Shown: positions 60,404 through 64,000 of the stretch, one piece after another
How positions within the stretch are numbered: position 1 is the stretch's first letter
Layout: every line of letters starts with the position of its first letter
From: a bacterium
GTDB taxonomy: Bacteria > Patescibacteriota > Minisyncoccia > Phycocordibacterales > UBA1550
Length of the DNA stretch: 64,000 nt
Direction of reading: 5' to 3'
Assembly: GCA_030649835.1 (NCBI GenBank)
Contig: JAUSES010000060.1
Coordinates: 6,411-70,410, forward strand
Made by a program: the position numbers and the translations under genes
The notes under the pieces: generated by a model
Database searches by the model: none
What the model saw: only the letters and a program-made list of their open reading frames with translations
Told to the model about the DNA's origin: nothing

Positions 60404-60787
60404 TTATGCGTAACTCAGCATCTTGTCTGCAAGTGTATTAATATCGTAGTCGCTTTTTACCAAATAATCAACAACGCCAAGTTCAAGTGCAGTACCTTTT
60501 GATTCTTCTCCCCCCGAGACGGAGCAAATAGCTACCTTCAAATCCCTATACTCTTCATTTTTGCGAACCTTCTCAAGAAACTCTATTCCATTCATCCCAG
60601 GAAGAAGGAGGTCGAGCCACACAATATCTATATGAGGATGCTCAGAATCAAGCACACGAAGTGCGTCCTCCGCGCGCATTGTTGATATAACGCGATGACC
60701 CTTTTGCTCAAGTTTAAGCACAATAGCGTGATTGAGCGCAATATCGTCTTCTAGGAGAAGGACTGTCTTTGGAAATTGTTCATTCAT
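60404..60787 (-). CDS. Single-domain response regulator
   Basis: LLLEDD, WLDLLLPGMNG, DYLVK. Confidence 0.93.
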   Translation of the reverse strand: MNEQFPKTVLLLEDDIALNHAIVLKLEQKGHRVISTMRAEDALRVLDSEHPHIDIVWLDLLLPGMNGIEFLEKVRKNEEYRDLKVAICSVSGGEESKGTALELGVVDYLVKSDYDINTLADKMLSYA

Positions 60788-60847
60788 ATTCTGAAATTAC
60801 TTTAACTATAGTAACATTCCTATCGCGTTATGCAACCTTGTAGTGAA

Positions 60848-61150
60848 CCCCCACACCTACTTATCTATTGCAGACATTCAGCGACACGTTTTTAAGCTGA
60901 GAAAGCGCGCGACCATCTCTCTTAAGCGACGCTTCTCTTTTGCGAGCATCGCTCTCACTTATATATGCTTCATAATATCTAATTTCAAATGGTCGCCTAC
61001 TCATTGTAGATTGTACTTTACCAGAATTATGGTCTGCAAGTCTGCGTCGTAAATCATTAGTAGAACCGATGTACAAAAGTTCATCTTTTCGACTTTTTAG
61101 TACATATAGGTAATACATTTTTTACGACGATAGATAAGTAGGTGTGGAGG
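60848..61150. mobile_element. 303-bp TIR element carrying only a GIY-YIG nuclease gene
   Basis: 21-bp TIRs CC(C/T)CCACACCTACTTATCTAT; TGAA duplicated at 60844-60847 and 61151-61154; removal restores an open kinase C-terminus. Confidence 0.88.
60861..61118 (-). CDS. GIY-YIG nuclease (small stand-alone type)
   Basis: YYLYVL...YIGSTNDL.RRL..HN.G...T....P....YYEAY.....A..RE..LK. Confidence 0.93.
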   Translation of the reverse strand: MYYLYVLKSRKDELLYIGSTNDLRRRLADHNSGKVQSTMSRRPFEIRYYEAYISESDARKREASLKRDGRALSQLKNVSLNVCNR

Positions 61151-63566
61151 TGAACGGCACGGTAAAGAAGAATGTCGTTCCCTTACCCTCCTCGCTTTCA
61201 AACCATACTCTTCCACCCCACGAGTCCACGAGATCCTTCACGAGTGCCAATCCGAGCCCTGTGCCGTCGGGGATTTGCGCGCGCGCATTCTCTGCACGGA
61301 AAAATTTGGAAAAAATGCGAGAGCGTTGTGCTTCAGGGATACCGATACCATTGTCACTCACAGATACCACTGCTTCCTTTCCGCTGTCTTCCACCCACCA
61401 TTTTATCTCGATTATACCATCCTTGTTTGTATACGAAATAGCATTTGAGATTAAATTGAGAATAACCTGACGCAAAATAATTGAGTCTAGCCAGACAACT
61501 ACAGGATCTCTCTCCGGTGGCGATACCTTTAAAGTAAGCTTTTTATCCTCAAGTTGTGGTCCAATCTCTTTAGCAACTTCGCTTGTAAACATACTCATAT
61601 CTATCGGTGTTCTATCTGCTTTAATTTTTCCACTCTCAATGCGCGAAATTCCCAGAAGTAGGTCCACTGTCTGATACAAACGTTCTGCCCCCCCATGGAT
61701 TTCCTTCATAAAATCCCTTTGTGAATCGTTGAGCGTCCCCGCATCCTCGGACAAAAGCATTTCCGAATACCAACGAATAGAGGTAAGGGGGGTACGAAGC
61801 TGATGCGATGCCACTGAAATAAACCCTGACTTTGCTTCATCGAGCGCATAATCTCCCGCGATATCACGAATAACAATAACTGCACCGTGAAATCTCCCAC
61901 TAAGTGGTGCGATCGAAAGCGCTACAGGAAGCTCTGCTTCTCGTCCATCTGTCGTAATACAAAAGCTATCCTCAAGAGATGTCGTAACCGCTCGCTTGGT
62001 ACGAAACATTTCCTCAGTTGGCCAATCCTTTACATCAAGAATTTCCTTCTTTTTGAAAAACTTTACAACACTACGCAGGTCTCTCCCCGCAAGCTCCTCC
62101 TCTTTCATTGCAAATATTTCAAGTGCTTTTGTGTTTACTAGAACGATTTTATATTCCGGATCAATGAGTACAAGTCCGTCCCCAATAGAGGAAAGAATTG
62201 TTTGCAGTTTCGTTCCCTCCTCCTCAAGCCTCTCCTTTGCCTTCCATGAATCCTCAAGGAGGTTTAAGGTTGCGATCTTTGATTCTTCGAGGAACCTCTC
62301 TTGTTCCTCATGCGCGTGAATATCTTTTTCGAGAGCCAGTGCTTTCTCTTCAATCTCTGCTTTAGACTTCACGAGCTCACCTTGTGTTGTGCGAATGGAC
62401 TGCACCATTGTGTTAAACATTCCTGCGAGCTTTCCTATTTCGTCCTTTGTGTGCACTATTGCCTGTGCGGTGAGATCCCCTTTCATCACGCGCTCGAGAG
62501 CTGATACAACTTCCTCAATACGTTTAAGTGGAAGTCGTACAAAAAATATTATTATAAATATTCCAAAAATCAGTACTATCTCACCGGTAAAAATAGTTGT
62601 TCGAGCAAGGGATGCAAGCGCCGAGAAGGCTTCTTCTTTGCTTACCTCAACAAGAAGGACTAGATCATCAGACGCGAGACATCGCGAAACGCCAAAAACC
62701 CGAATTCCATGATAATCATCGTATTCCATACTTGTGTCAATGCCTTTTTCCAAGCATTCACGTACTGGAGGGACGTCAGCTTTCTGCTTTTTGTTTATGT
62801 CAGCAATATGCCGAGATGGGGTAACGATTAACTTATGACTATTTACTATATATATGTCTGAGGTCTTATAATTTGTATTGAGCACACTTCTTGATAATCC
62901 GACTTCTTTATTTTTAATTTCCCCAGAAATTGTTTCAGCTATTTCGTTGATACTCAAAAAATGTATTAGAAGAACTGCATCCAATGGTACAAATTTACCC
63001 GAAGCGCTCGTTTTAAAAAAACGTGCAGTTACGTGAACCATAGGCTCTGTCGACTCGTCTGTCTCAAAAACAATGCTTCTTACAAATGTCTCTCCAAAAT
63101 TGGCTCCAATTGTTTTGCTAAAATAGTGCGCCTTTAACTCTACTTCTTCCTTGAGCTCGTCAGTTCCTAGACGTTCTGGTCGAGTGGATGCAATAACTAT
63201 TCCATTCTTGTCGAGAATCTCCGCCATCATAACCGACTTATCATACGGTATTCTTTTTTCTATAATATGTTTAGCAAAATCGCTTTCTGCTGTCTTGCGT
63301 GCAGTGCTTCCCTCTTTTGTCTCTAGAAGTCTTGTTACAACATCCTGTAGTGTCGCAGAAGCTGTCCATTCGAGCGCCTCTCTACGGAGTGACTTCAAAA
63401 ATGTATAGTAGGATCCCTCGGCCTGACCAGCACTAATACGGAGAGTATCTGTAATCTGACTCTTAAATGCTACGCTCACAACATGCTGTGCATAAAAAAC
63501 AACCACAAATACGGTAACGAGAAGAAATGATCCAAAAAATATAATCGCCTTTGTACGAAGTTTCAT
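61122..63566 (-). CDS. Sensor histidine kinase (periplasmic sensor, HAMP, PAS, HisKA, HATPase)
   Basis: DEIG.L...FN.M, ASHQLRTPLT, NLISNA..Y, DNGIGIP, GTGLGL, G.GTTF. Confidence 0.96.
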   Translation of the reverse strand: MKLRTKAIIFFGSFLLVTVFVVVFYAQHVVSVAFKSQITDTLRISAGQAEGSYYTFLKSLRREALEWTASATLQDVVTRLLETKEGSTARKTAESDFAKHIIEKRIPYDKSVMMAEILDKNGIVIASTRPERLGTDELKEEVELKAHYFSKTIGANFGETFVRSIVFETDESTEPMVHVTARFFKTSASGKFVPLDAVLLIHFLSINEIAETISGEIKNKEVGLSRSVLNTNYKTSDIYIVNSHKLIVTPSRHIADINKKQKADVPPVRECLEKGIDTSMEYDDYHGIRVFGVSRCLASDDLVLLVEVSKEEAFSALASLARTTIFTGEIVLIFGIFIIIFFVRLPLKRIEEVVSALERVMKGDLTAQAIVHTKDEIGKLAGMFNTMVQSIRTTQGELVKSKAEIEEKALALEKDIHAHEEQERFLEESKIATLNLLEDSWKAKERLEEEGTKLQTILSSIGDGLVLIDPEYKIVLVNTKALEIFAMKEEELAGRDLRSVVKFFKKKEILDVKDWPTEEMFRTKRAVTTSLEDSFCITTDGREAELPVALSIAPLSGRFHGAVIVIRDIAGDYALDEAKSGFISVASHQLRTPLTSIRWYSEMLLSEDAGTLNDSQRDFMKEIHGGAERLYQTVDLLLGISRIESGKIKADRTPIDMSMFTSEVAKEIGPQLEDKKLTLKVSPPERDPVVVWLDSIILRQVILNLISNAISYTNKDGIIEIKWWVEDSGKEAVVSVSDNGIGIPEAQRSRIFSKFFRAENARAQIPDGTGLGLALVKDLVDSWGGRVWFESEEGKGTTFFFTVPFTSTPTYLSS

Positions 63567-63768
63567 TTAGTTAGAATGTAGGATATGGAATTTAGAATTT
63601 AGGAACAGGGCTGGTGGGCCTTCGGCAACTAGCCTCCACACTCCATTTTATTGTAGCATGCGTTTCTGAAACTTGATATACTTAAATGATAGGATTTAGT
63701 AGATAGAAATTTGAATATAGGAAAATCAGATTCAGGATCCTAAATTCTATATTCTATATTCCATCTGT

Positions 63769-64000
63769 ATGAACCTACTTCGTATTTTTACAAAAGAAAA
63801 ACGTGTTGCGGGGATAGAGATTAGCGACTCGGTTATTCGTATCGCTTTTTGGAGACCCCACAAGCATATTAAGGATTACGGTGACTCAAGCCACGGAGAT
63901 GAGCTCGTACTCATAGAGGAGCCTATCCCCTCAAACCTTATTGTGGGGGGAGTTGTAACCGATATTGATTTTCTTGGTAAAATATTGAGAGGTATTTGGA
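63769..64000 (+). CDS. pilM: PilM-like actin-fold pilus assembly protein (partial, runs off the window)
   Basis: Manual translation MNLLRIFTKEKRVAGIEISDSVIRIA...IP...IVGGVVTD. Confidence 0.75.
   Translation, partial: MNLLRIFTKEKRVAGIEISDSVIRIAFWRPHKHIKDYGDSSHGDELVLIEEPIPSNLIVGGVVTDIDFLGKILRGIW

Overview
This window looks like a Patescibacteria (CPR, Parcubacteria-like) chromosome segment in genetic code 11; the taxonomic call is inferred from gene content and style. It carries housekeeping genes (htpX, lemA, pyk, folB, a cold-shock gene, mgtA, a MacAB-like exporter), a polysaccharide locus (GT2/GtrA/GH8/cellulose-synthase-like GT2/ArnT-like/GH113-like), a type IV pilus cluster and two-component genes. 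Four things stand out. (1) A family of very small terminal-inverted-repeat (TIR) elements with 4-bp target-site duplications (TSDs). One 303-bp copy (60848-61150) encodes only a GIY-YIG nuclease. Non-coding relatives sit on a -35 box (35638-35769) and on two start codons, which they regenerate (5902-6128, 21444-21621). This is a candidate undescribed GIY-YIG-associated mini-transposon system. (2) An ~11.6-kb serine-recombinase island in tRNA-Asn (6379-18031) whose att core lies inside the recombinase gene, so excision would replace the last residue (G of ...WLRG*) with a 24-aa tail found at the far end. The island carries an IetAS-like AAA+/subtilase pair and candidate structured RNAs. (3) tRNA-Asn-mimicking hairpin modules downstream of the island. 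(4) GGGGAAC-type repeats inside the cleavable leaders of four prepilins, around a four-helix-bundle gene. All of this was read by eye; no database searches or folding programs were run.
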